Positions 1 through 14,087 of a stretch of DNA of 64,000 bases are shown here, piece after piece (position 1 is the stretch's first letter; the number at the start of each line of letters is the position of its first letter). The position numbers and the translations under genes are program-made. The DNA lies in contig LPNZ01009878.1 in NCBI GenBank assembly GCA_001655205.1, positions 62,001 through 126,000 of the forward strand, read 5' to 3'. Under the pieces are notes generated by a model. The model worked only from the letters and a program-made list of their open reading frames with translations. It made no database searches and was not told the DNA's origin. The DNA comes from Lenisia limosa. Taxonomy: Eukaryota > Protista > Breviatea.

Positions 1-377
1 TTGCTGGAGTTGGTATTACGATTGCTGCCTCGGAGTGGCCCTCCAAGAATGCTGTCATCACCTCAATACAGGTAAGCCACGGATTCATCCCTTCTTTGTC
101 ACATCCTTTTGTGGATAAAAAGACTGCTTCTGACGATGAATAAAAAATATGACCATGTAGGCATTCCGTCTTAAGATGGCAAATGGACCGGGTTTGCCAA
201 CGTCTATGCAACCTTCGCCAAGCCCACTTTCTGCTCATCCGTGCACTTGGAAGGTATGCAAACTTCTAATTTCAACAAATAACTTCACGTCATCTGACTC
301 TTCTTTCAGGTGTGTGCTTGTGGGCTCTCACTTCTTATCTTATGGGTTATCGTCATCAACGACAGGCTCTGATTTAG
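1..377 (+). CDS. 3' end of an unidentified spliced gene (partial, begins left of window)
   Basis: Three exon-like segments with GT/AG flanks: AGVGITIAASEWPSKNAVITSIQ|gtaag, AFRLKDGKWTGFANVYATFAKPTFCSSVHLE|gtatg, and GVCLWALTSYLMGYRHQRQALI* (TAG 375-377). No family recognised. Confidence 0.45.
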
Positions 378-531
378 TGTTCCTTCGTTTGTTTCCTGTT
401 TCTTCTATTACTATTCATATGTATCTTTAATTTGACTGGGCCACAGTGCAACACTGAATGCGACATCAATCAAAACTAATCAATGAAAAAGGAAGACACT
501 TAACATCCGAATAAACTGATAACGGGCGCGT

Positions 532-3539
<3,008 letters not shown>

Positions 3540-4072
3540 TATTTCCTCTTACTTATGAATGATAACTTATATAAGTATTTCAGTTATGTTATTATGCTTA
3601 TTTTTTTTTTTATTTTCTCCACTTTTCAAATTTTCAATTTTCAAAAGCCGTGGATGGATTTTGCCTTCTGTTTATTATAATGCAAACTGATGCATTAATC
3701 TGATCTGAAAGTATATTAATAATAAAAGTTTAACGTGAAATTAAACTCAAATAAAAAGAGCGTGAGAATTTTTTCTCCGCCCGCTGCATCGGATGAATTA
3801 TGTGTTTCCAAAAGGCCGCCATTCATTCGCCACATTTAAGCGTGTTGGTTCTTTGTTGTTTAGTGAAGTTTATTTAGTTTTGCCATTAGTTTTTTAGTAT
3901 ACCACCTACACCTAGATTGACTTTAGTCTCCTTAAACAATCAAATCTTCCACCAGAAGAACCCCCAATTGCTTTCTTCCTTCTGCCTGCCTTGAATTAGT
4001 TTAATCTCAAATAAAATTATAAAATAAGCCAGGAAGAAGCTTAATTTTCAGTTTAGATCGGTATTACAAAAT

Positions 4073-7000
4073 ATGGTAAGATTTGGATTCTCGTGTATCA
4101 TGACCTGCATCAATACTATTTTGGCGGAAATTTAAATACGATAGTTTTTATACATAATTCATGTAAACTTCTGTTTAAAGATTCTCTTGGCTTTAAGTTT
4201 TACGCAGTCGGTAACTATGGATAAAGAGAATTGCCATTCCAATTTTTGATAAATGAAAATGACAATATAGACGTATTTGATTATTATTTTTAATCATCAG
4301 TTTTTCTGAGTGCTTCGCGATCTTTTACCAGATCTTTAGGATGAAGGCCTTACAAGGCGGTCTCCTTCGGACATTCCTCGAAATGACGAACTCAACCAAA
4401 TCTCGTGGGTTCTCGTAACACATTGATCATTGGCACGAGGATGCTCTTACCAAATAATGGAAGTTATAATTTAAAATTTACTTGAAATTTTTGTGAAATT
4501 CGTCATTTTCATAAATAATCCGTAACTGTTCACAAATGTAGCTTTGAGATTTCAGACCCGGAGCAAGAAAAACCTAAGGTTTGTGATGCACATTTCCAAC
4601 TGATTCTCAGCATATTTTTTTATCCTTTTGACCGGTTCAGAATGTTAAAGGCATGCGATGGTTCCACCACCCGGTCGTGATTATGTCAGGCATTACGGCC
4701 TTCTGTCGCATTGTTGGTCTTATAGGTCTGCTGCAAGAAAGGCTCACATTATTCGGTTCGTCTTTTGACAGTTCAGTTCATCTCTTCGGAAAGGATCACA
4801 ATGGAAACTCGACTGGAATTCCAATGGATGTTGTGCCGTTCGCTTTCCTGGTAAGCTCTTCAGTAATTCTTTTCCTTAAAAGTCTTGATGATTGTTTTAA
4901 CTATCTAAGTGGCATCTTTCCGCTCTTTCCGTGCTTACTCTGCTTCTTCTTGCCACTTGGAATGTGAGTTATCATGATTTTATGGTACTAATTCTGATTA
5001 TACTAATTCCTTTATTAGGTTGTGCAACACATCTTTTTCAAGAAGTGGGTTGTGACCATATCAGCAGTTGCACATTCCTGGTGGATCCTTCTTGCCCAAC
5101 TGGACAATGAACAACAGGTTGTTGGGGTACTACATTGTGCGCCATTGTTACGTTCTGAGTGGATTCATTGTATAAATGGGTTCCTTTTATTGTATTTCAA
5201 CGGACCAAGTACTATTGACTCTCTAGCGGCATATGAACCAACACATGACCCTCAACGTTTTTCGTGTTTATGGCAAACCGCAAAACCTCTTTGAAAAAGT
5301 AGGAATGCAAAGCTGGGAGTGATTACATTTGACAGCCATAACCATTATTTAGGATCTTGTTGGCCCTGTCACAGATGATAAGCCGCATCTCATCTTTGCA
5401 TCCCTCCTCATTCTTCTTGGAATAGCAGCAGTCACGTGTACAGCCCTTCTTGCTATCAGGTGAGAAATCCTCCTTGTCACAGCATTATTGGTGAGTTGAT
5501 GTTAACTTCTTGGCAGAAAGAGGCGCCTCCAAGATATTTACATTTCCTGGAAGAAACTTTTGCTTTGCGGCCTCTTTCCCTTCATGTGCCTTGCTTATTT
5601 CCATGGTGTAGCATCTAGCCAAAGAGTGAGTCACTTTCCTTCACTTTATTGTCCCTAACCAATCAGTTGCAACTCGTCAAGCCCGTTGAAGAGTACTGGG
5701 TAGCCTCAATTCTTGGAATTGACAGTATTCCCGTTCCTAAAAATGAGGTTGAAAGGGTGGTATTCCTTCATTCATGACCATTCATTCTTTTCTTCATAAA
5801 TACTTCAGACCCAATCTGCTATTGATCTCAGAAGCCATCAGCCCCATCCCGAAGACACTGTTTGGCCTCTTGGTAAGCTGCAGTCCTTAAGTTAAATCTG
5901 CACATTGACGTATTGACTTATTCAGGTTTGAGATACCCAATGGTGAGATATCGCGTTCCAGGGTACCAGCATCACGACAAACGCCATCATAAAACGATTG
6001 TTCACCATGGCCGGTATGTGATGGAATAGCTTAGCTTTGAAGCAACCTTGATTGTTGTATTTTATTTATAGAGTACTAATCATTTCTTTCTTTATAGTGT
6101 GGAAAGCTCACTTTTCAGTCCAGACCCTGAACACATTGGCTACGACGCAACAATTCAAACAGAGAAAAATGTTGGTTAAAATCGAATACAAAATGTCTTA
6201 TTCATTCTTTAGGGTGTGCTTGAAGACTTGATTCCTGTCTTGTCAGATCTGCCTGATCCCATTCTTGAGCCAGCTGAAGGGTTCCCTGCTCGAGAGTCGT
6301 ATGACCATCCCGACATCGTTTTTTTGAGTGTTGAGAGCCTCCGTGGAGCTGATACTGGTTTCGCCAAGCGAAAGTCTTCGGTTGGTGCTCTTTATGATAC
6401 CTTTTAATGATTGTTAAACCGTACTTATTTCGTCAACACCAACCTCGTATCCTTACCTTGTAGTCAGCAACACCTGAATTGGACACAAGAACTCAAGATG
6501 GCGTGGTTTTTGAGAATTTCGTAACCAACGGTCGTCCCACAAGAGAGGTGTGCTTTGGACATTTGAACTACACCCATTTCCATTTCATCTCATTTTGGTA
6601 GGGATTCTTCAGTTTGCACACAAGCCATTGGCCCCATAGCAATGGCAAGTTCAACGTTTATAATTTCCTGGGCAATGGCTGGGACAGCTTCACGACTCGC
6701 CTGAAAGACTGGGGTTACGGTGGGATAAGTCATATTGGCTGAATTTTAGTCTCTACATTGTTTTCGTAATTTGTTTAGACCGTGTTGCAGTGATGGGTTC
6801 CAACCCTGGATTTGACGGTATTCTGAAGTGGCTTCATCTGTTCTATGACAAGTGAGGGCGGCTTCCATTCCAATTTTCCTATGCCAATGACTTCTTAGAA
6901 TTAATGCACAAACCTCGGCAATTAGCCTCAACTACAAAAAATGGGAAGATTCAAAGGTCTGCTGTCATTATGCCGGGACTTATAATGGGACTTGGACTTA

Positions 7001-9397
7001 CGTTGTTATGGTGCTGAAATTCCAGGTGATCAACGAGATGATTAGTGAGGTCAAGGCCCATGATGCCCGCAACATCGAATTGGAACAGAATGGAAAAAGG
7101 AAAAAAGTGGGTTAACTTTTGAACTTCTGAAGTGTCTTGTTATCTAACTTGGTTATCTAACTTGGTTAATTGATTCAGCCCCTCATGATGTGGATGCACA
7201 CAACGTCTCTTCACCTGCCTTTTTCACTCGATGGTGATGACACAGTCACATCTGATGTTCCCATTGGTAGGCTATTGTTCTAAACATTCGTGTCATTTTT
7301 AGCAACTGAAATGACTTTTTAGACGAACATGACCGCTACCTTCGCGCTCTCAATTACGTTGATAAACACGTTGCGAGAGGTAGGCATGTGGCAAAGTAAC
7401 GTGATGTTGGAATTCCACCCCTTTGATATTACACCAAAGGTCTTGATTACCTTCGAAATGAACGTGCACGAAGGAACAACACCATTGTGATCCTCCTTGG
7501 TGACCACTCCACTCCGATTAGTTCAGATGAAACGGATGTAGGTTTAGATCTGGAAATGTTCCTGAAATATTATACCATGATCATCTGATCTTACCATTTA
7601 GGCTAAATCTGCTGACATGCCATGTGACCGAATGGTCTGGACAAGTGCAGCCTTTTGGGGCCATGAGAAGTACATTGGAAAGCCCAGGAGAGAGACGATC
7701 GCAAGTGAGGGACATGCAACAGTATTTATTTGATCATTCGTTCTTTTGCTTCTGGCTTGACTATTCCATCCAACATTTTGTCATGCCGCAGGTTCCTTAG
7801 TTGATATTGGGCCAACAATATCCGGCTTTGTTGGAGACCTGAGACCAACCGCAGCCTTGGGTTTGGACCTCTTCAGTGACGTCGACCACATCGTGAGGGT
7901 TGTGCCACCACATTAACCATATGACCAATGCAGAAGCGGGAAGCCATGTCAATTCACGGTTCTGGTTTCCGATCAACACGGTTCTCTGAATCCACCTACA
8001 TTCATAGCCCTCACAATGGGCAATCCGCCTGGCTTCTAAGAGACGATCGTGACGAACGTTTTCCTGATAGGTAGGCTTCATATTAGGATTTGTTAAAATG
8101 AACTTTCAAAATTGTAAGTATATATAAATTTCATTAAGGTGGTTCAGTCGCTGTCTTGTTTTTCAAAATAATTTGAAGCCATGTGCAATTTTGAAAAAGA
8201 CCCTTCGGGATAATTTCGTAGGGTAGTTTTTCATATAAAATAGCCTCGGATAGAGAATTTTTAAAATGACCATTTTCCCGACTCCCGAGGTTGTTTCAAT
8301 TTTGAACCTTTTTTGGCTTCTAAATTTTTCCATTTTTTTGGGGTTTAAACATGATATTTGAGGAATTTACATTGTTCTCGTCAAGTACGCACATCCAGTA
8401 CTGTACCATTGTCTAGTTTTTGCACTATTGGACTCATATAGCCTCAGTTAGACATTCCAGGCCTTTTTTACTCATTTTTAAAGTTTGCATGTTAGAGCTA
8501 TTTCATACGAAAAACACCCTGCGGAATTATCCCGAAGGGTCATTTTGAAAACTGCACGTACAGTTTCACTCTATTTACCAAAATATAACGACTAAACCAC
8601 CCCAGCCTATGAGGATTACTTATTCTTGTAGATGTGTTGAAGGTATGAAAGTGCCTCAGAACATGACCCAAGACGTGAAACGGATCGTTGATACCATCAC
8701 ATACGCGTCATATCTTTCCGAACAGGTTTGTCGCTGTTTTGAGTCTCTTCATAACCAACATTGTCCTCTTCTTATTTGACAGGACCGAATGTATCGAAGC
8801 CGATTCTTGGAAGGTTTGTGAGGCATGACAACACACAATATCATATCAAGTTTCTTCATTTCTCCATCCCATGCTAGGGAGGCAGGCAGAAGGCCGACAA
8901 GCCTGGGCAATCTCCCCAACGTCGATCGCGCTGGGGTTAGATCGTTGGAATTTTCGATCTTTAACGAGGAATACCTAGTAATCACAAGTTATCAGATTGG
9001 GCCGAGTTGTAAGGCAAATGATTGGCAATATCTTTCGTGATGGTGTGGACGGCTTCGGGCAGATATAACCTTGTTTATATTTTCGATATATCATAATCAC
9101 CATTGTATGATGCTAGCTTTCCTTTTTCAATTTCTGACTAACCCTTTAGGCCGCTGGATTCATGATGATTCACATGTGATGGTTTCGAAAGTAAGAACCA
9201 GCCACCACCACCACAGAGGCCTCACTGCTGCTTTCTTCATAATGGAATTGGTATGAAAAAAACAGTTCAACCTAAGAGCACCCCTACAACAATCTTGATA
9301 AGTCTTCATTCTTCAGGTTTTTGCCATAGCCACTGGAGTGTTCTTTTGGAAGAGATGGGCAAAAAAGAAGACCATCCAAGCCTTGTGCACCCAATAA
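4073..9397 (+). CDS. LTA-synthase family (LtaS/MdoB-like, alkaline phosphatase/sulfatase superfamily) membrane enzyme, many short exons; 5' end approximate
   Basis: Hydrophobic N-terminal exons (KPHLIFASLLILLGIAAVTCTALLAIR; KKLLLCGLFPFMCLAYFHG), then PDIVFLSVESLRG, ATPELDTRTQDGVVFENFVTNGRPTRE, PLMMWMHTTSLHLPF, RYLRALNYVDKHV, NNTIVILLGDHS, SLVDIGPTISGFVG...ALGLDL. Ends with a hydrophobic VFAIATGVFFWKRWAKKKTIQALCTQ*. Motif order matches the LtaS/MdoB catalytic domain. Confidence 0.8.
8138..8601. mobile_element. Non-autonomous MITE-like element (~464 bp) with ~105 bp imperfect terminal inverted repeats, inside an intron of the LtaS-like gene
   Basis: Left arm GGTGGTTCAGTCG...GTGCAATTTTGAAAAAGACCCTTCGGGATAATTTCGTAGGGTAGTTTTTCATATAAAATAGC (8138-8244) is the near reverse complement of GCTATTTCATACGAAAAACACCCTGCGGAATTATCCCGAAGGGTCATTTTGAAAACTGCAC...CGACTAAACCACC (8496-8601). 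No ORF inside. TTAA on the left flank only. Confidence 0.72.
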
Positions 9398-9678
9398 GCC
9401 CACTATTTCTACTATTATTTCTATTGTTTTTGTTTTTGACTGTTTTTTTGATGGTAAGGTTTTTATTCAATTGTAACTATGATATTAATTTATTACATGG
9501 TGTGATATGAGGGGTTGTTTTCAAAATTAGGGGTATTATGATAATTCTGTTCACCATGAAATACAATTTTTTAAAAGTATATTGGATAAAAATACAATTA
9601 CCATCCACTTTGTATTACACAATATTACATTGGATATAGCACATTCCGTGATCGCTGCACCTGAACAGTCATTTTAGT

Positions 9679-12600
9679 CTATAATTTATTCATTTGACCG
9701 ACAATTATATGAGGTTCCATGTGCTTCCATCCCACATTGTGGCGGCGACGCTCATCAAAGTTGCGTTGTCGCATGGGGGCTTCATTAAAGTGCTCCCGAG
9801 GCTCCCTGAACATTTTAGCTGTCTGAAAAGCTGCAAAAAAGATTCCAGTGACCCTCCCCCCCCCCACACAAAAAAAAGAGTAAAAAAACATACCTTGACA
9901 GCAAATCTCGAGGCACATTAGGGATGAGTTCCCTGCAAAAGAATAATCTCGAGGCACATTAGGGATTAGGGATGAGTTCCCCGCAAAAGACTCAAACAAA
10001 TCTCACAATGATTCTATCTTAGACACGTCCATTAAAACTACAGAGGGAGATTTATTGTATTGCAAGAACTATTATTTCTACCTTTCCCTTTGCAGGAACT
10101 ACTATTTAATACAAATCAAAGTATCTACCTTGGTAAATCTCTAGGTATAGGCATGTCTCTGGGCATATCCCTAAAGAGTTAAACCATCATCGTCATTGAT
10201 TGTCTTTAAGCCACACTTGTACATGCAGAGGTTTCCAGGAAGGCTTGACTTGCATCAAGAATATTAATGGTATACAGAGAAAGTTTGGAATTTCAATACC
10301 AAATCTCCCCGGGAAATTGCTCAAAACATACCTTGGCATATCTCTGGGCATATCTCTAGGTATAGTATCTCTCGGCATATCCCTAAAGAGCATGATTACT
10401 GGTCACAGTAGAGGCCTAATGGAACGAAAACAAAAACTGGTATCCCATTGAAAGTTAAATCACATTTTGCCTGAAATCAGATCCAGAGTTTCACCAAAAC
10501 AGTTCTACTGCTGAGGCCAATACTTAACGTATAAAGAATATCGATGATCTATTACACAGTTCTTTGCTGAGAGATACTCTATAAAACATACCTTGGTAAA
10601 TCTCTTGGTACGGGTATATCTCTGGGCATATCTCTAGGCATGTCTCTAGGCATATCTCTGGGCATATCCCTGCTTGTAAGAAAACGATTACAATCATAAT
10701 ATGCCATAATACATATGTATACTAGTAGTATGATATCCAAAACGATAATATAGCAGATGAAAATTAGAATTATAGGATCACATGTTGCATTACTCCAATC
10801 TTTCTTGGACCAGGGCTAATATGAGGGCTAATATGAGGGATGACTTAAAGCCCAGCATACTGATTCCCTAAATCACGTGAGATGATTCGAGAGAGAGAAT
10901 CTCGTTCATCAGGCCTAAAATCGTAAAGAGCACCGCACAAAATGATCCAAAAAAAGAGTCCACCCACCTAATTGGATGGATGCTTGGTTTGCCGCCCTCA
11001 GTCCTGGAAAGTCGCAAATGGAAACCATTCGCCCAGTCAGTGAAGGACCTGCCTCGTCAGACTTGCCCCAAGGCTTTTTCAAATGAAATGAGGCAAATTA
11101 TCTTGACAATGCTCCCACATCATACCGTAAGTGACTATTGACACTGTCAGTCCATGCCTCAATATCCGTCATCATCTCATTGCGATCGCTGGCCAGGGTT
11201 TTTACGACGTCCTCCTAAACTGTTACTTGAATAAATTACTCACCCATGACAAGGATATACACTCTTACGTGATCAAGTAACAACATAAGAGTATTAACTA
11301 GAGAGGCGACAAAACCCCTCACCTTGAGCTCTTCAAACTCCTCCTTGAACTTTGAAGACTTCTCAGCCAAGGCGTCCTCGATGACCGAATTGGAAAGGGC
11401 TACTGGGTCCTAAATGAAAGTAACTCTCTTTCATTCCTTGAACAAATCATCATGTCAAATAGGTTGCACGAGGACGCTTACTTTGCTATGAGACGCCCTT
11501 AGTTTCTTGAGGCTGTTTTGGATCTTGGGAAGTAGGTCCCTACATGAGTCATGTCATGTCCAAAGGCAGTGAGAAGCACAGTAATTGACGCACCTGTGCT
11601 GTGCCACTTCAGTGTGAAGCATTGTGATGTCGGAGATGAGCCGTTGAAACTTCTTGGCTGTCTGCTTCTCATGAAGTTCCAACCTGGTCTATAGTGTAAA
11701 GACTGAGACAAGATAAGACACATCTTTCACTAGCCCGGCAAAATGAAAGCACCAACCTGAAGTTTCATGATGAAGCGCGCAGAGCGGGGGTCATTGTCCT
11801 GACTTCTCTGTTTGATTGCGTTCAGCCTCGCTTGTCTGTCTTTCGTGGTACCTGCTAATTTTTGAGAGCAAAAACATTAAATAAAATCTTGGGAAACAAA
11901 TTAATACATTGGGATACGGGGGGGTATAGCCTGACCAAAGCTGGTGGCGTCCAACCTTTTTGCGCTTCAGAGGAGACCGATGGGGCTTGATTTCTGAAAT
12001 ATGTATAAAAAAAAAACTTCTTTCAGGAAAAGAAACCAGGTAGTTGTAAAAAACTGGAGTGGGCAAAAATAATATATGGCAAACCACCTCACGTTTTTGA
12101 GGGGGTACTGACAGGTGTAGAGGGGGCGGGAGCGGACTAAACCGTCAGAGAAGACTCTCGGGATAATCATTAACAGTACCTTGGAGGGTGTGGAGGGGGC
12201 TTCGGAAGGCGGAATGTACACTTCTGACGGACTATCTGGCGGATCGTTTCCCTCTGCCAACTGTGAGGGGTTTTTCCAGACAAACAATTGCATATTAGGT
12301 TCACTTGGTATCATGCCGGCCTCGAACTCACCCGTTGGCCATGAAACCGGGTTCTTAAGAGGGTTTGGCGGGAGTGGAGGGATATCAGCCTGAGTGGTTC
12401 AATACACTTGGACTGATATGAGGAATTCTAACATAGCAAGTGCGCATCTTGTGGATATGGTCAAATGAATTTAAATCCCAAACAATATTAAATTCTTCTT
12501 GTTGAAATACTCTACAAAGTTGATCAAAGCCATCAAATCATATTGCAAAGAACATCTACTATGATGAAAGAGGGGCGATAGAAGGTTGAGTTCGTCCAAA

Positions 12601-13607
12601 AATAATATTGACCTTGGGGAATAAAGTAGCCATTTCGGCCAGGTCCATTTCATCCATTTCTTCCGGGTTCTCAAGGTCCATGGACTCTTCGGGGGGTGTT
12701 GGCGGCCGAACTATTGGAGGTTTCGATCTGGGGGGGTAAAAAAAGAAAACTATGCAAAGGGAAGGTCAAATTTGATTTCTATCGTACGATGGACTAGGTG
12801 GAAGGGGAGGGTCGTTGGCGTGATACTCGACATCCATATGTTGAATGTCATTGATGGTCTTTGCTGCCTCCACAGGAGTCGTGTATGATCCTGAGTGCGA
12901 TGAATGCGGCATTTCAGTTCCTTTGTACAGAGAAACCGCACAAAGAAGAAAAGCAAAAAAAATAACCTACTTACCTTGTTGGGGCTGAGACTGGGCAATC
13001 ATGTGTGAGTACAATGAGCTCTGATACGTGCTCCCAATTGGCCTGATGGGATTATCAGAAACGGGCAAAGGGATGTCTTGTGCCCGGAAGTGGAGTGCAC
13101 GCATTTAAACAGTAAACTACACACACAATATGTGATCGGTGACAAAGAAATCATTTGAGTTTTCCTAATCCCTGCACCAAACCGTTCATCTCGATAAGAG
13201 TATGTACTTTGTCGGTAGCGATAGTCTTCAAAACTGAACAATGAGATGATCGCGGCTTTCCCCATCCTTGTTTACCCAATATGAAGAATATCCCCCCACC
13301 CTTACAAGCAAGGCACCTCACACCCTTACACATGTATGTAGAGACGAGAAATAAAAACAGATAATACTTGGACAAAGGATATAGTAAAAGAGTAATTCAC
13401 ACACTCCGAATTATTTGCTTTACAACACTGTGCACACAGCTTTCTGCGTCCCCAGCATACATTCATCAGCAAGATATCCCCCTCCCCCACCCTTGCTGTA
13501 CCGGCGGTTGGCCGTAGTTTGGTGGCCAAGACATGAACCTGCAGCATAAGATGATGAACACAAGGACATAATGATGACTTGACACAAGCCAAAATTGACA
13601 TAGTCAT
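9679..13607 (-). CDS. Hypothetical proline-rich protein with a putative helical region and C-terminal DMPR-repeat micro-exons; ends approximate
   Basis: Chain of GT-AG-flanked exons: SKPPIVRPPTPPEESMDLENPEE, ADIPPLPPNPLKNP, GTTKDRQARLNAIKQRSQDNDPRSARFIMKLQ, TRLELHEKQTAKKFQRLISDITMLHTEVAQHRDLLPKIQNSLKKLRASHSK, DPVALSNSVIEDALAEKSSKFKEEFEELK, then RDMPR-repeat exons. No family recognised. Confidence 0.55.
9903..9995. repeat. Tandem duplication spanning a micro-exon 3' splice site
   Basis: aatctcgaggcacattagggatgagttccc(t/c)gcaaaaga occurs twice; the second copy has an extra tagggat and loses the AG (ccgc instead of ctgc). Confidence 0.75.
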
Positions 13608-14087
13608 AAGAGAAATCTTATAAAGAGTAGGTTTATATTCAAAGCAAATTTATTGACTTTGAAATGCAGAATAGTTCAGAAGAAGAAAATCCTACTGCTA
13701 ACCCTCAGGAACGAAAACGCCAAAAGTTTCCCACACAAAAACCTCAAAACACGAAATTAACCAGAAATTAACCCGATATTATATTGAGATATTCATGAAT
13801 TTAAGAGCAGAAGAGGCGTAGAAAGTGCTCTAGTATGATGGAGGGGTATTGGACTCAGATTTTAGAAATGTTGTCTTCTACCAATCTATCAATCTATCTA
13901 TCAAGTGTGTCTGTATGTCCATGTGTCTATGTCTACCATAAAGAGGTTGAAAACTCCTCTGTTTGGTCAAAAGTGAACCATATAAACCCCCGGCGTATAT
14001 TTAAAGCGGAATTGCAGAGTTGGTTTGCGGATTAAAGAGGTGTAGGTATATATAGATATATAGAGCTGATATAGAGTCAACAGCAAA

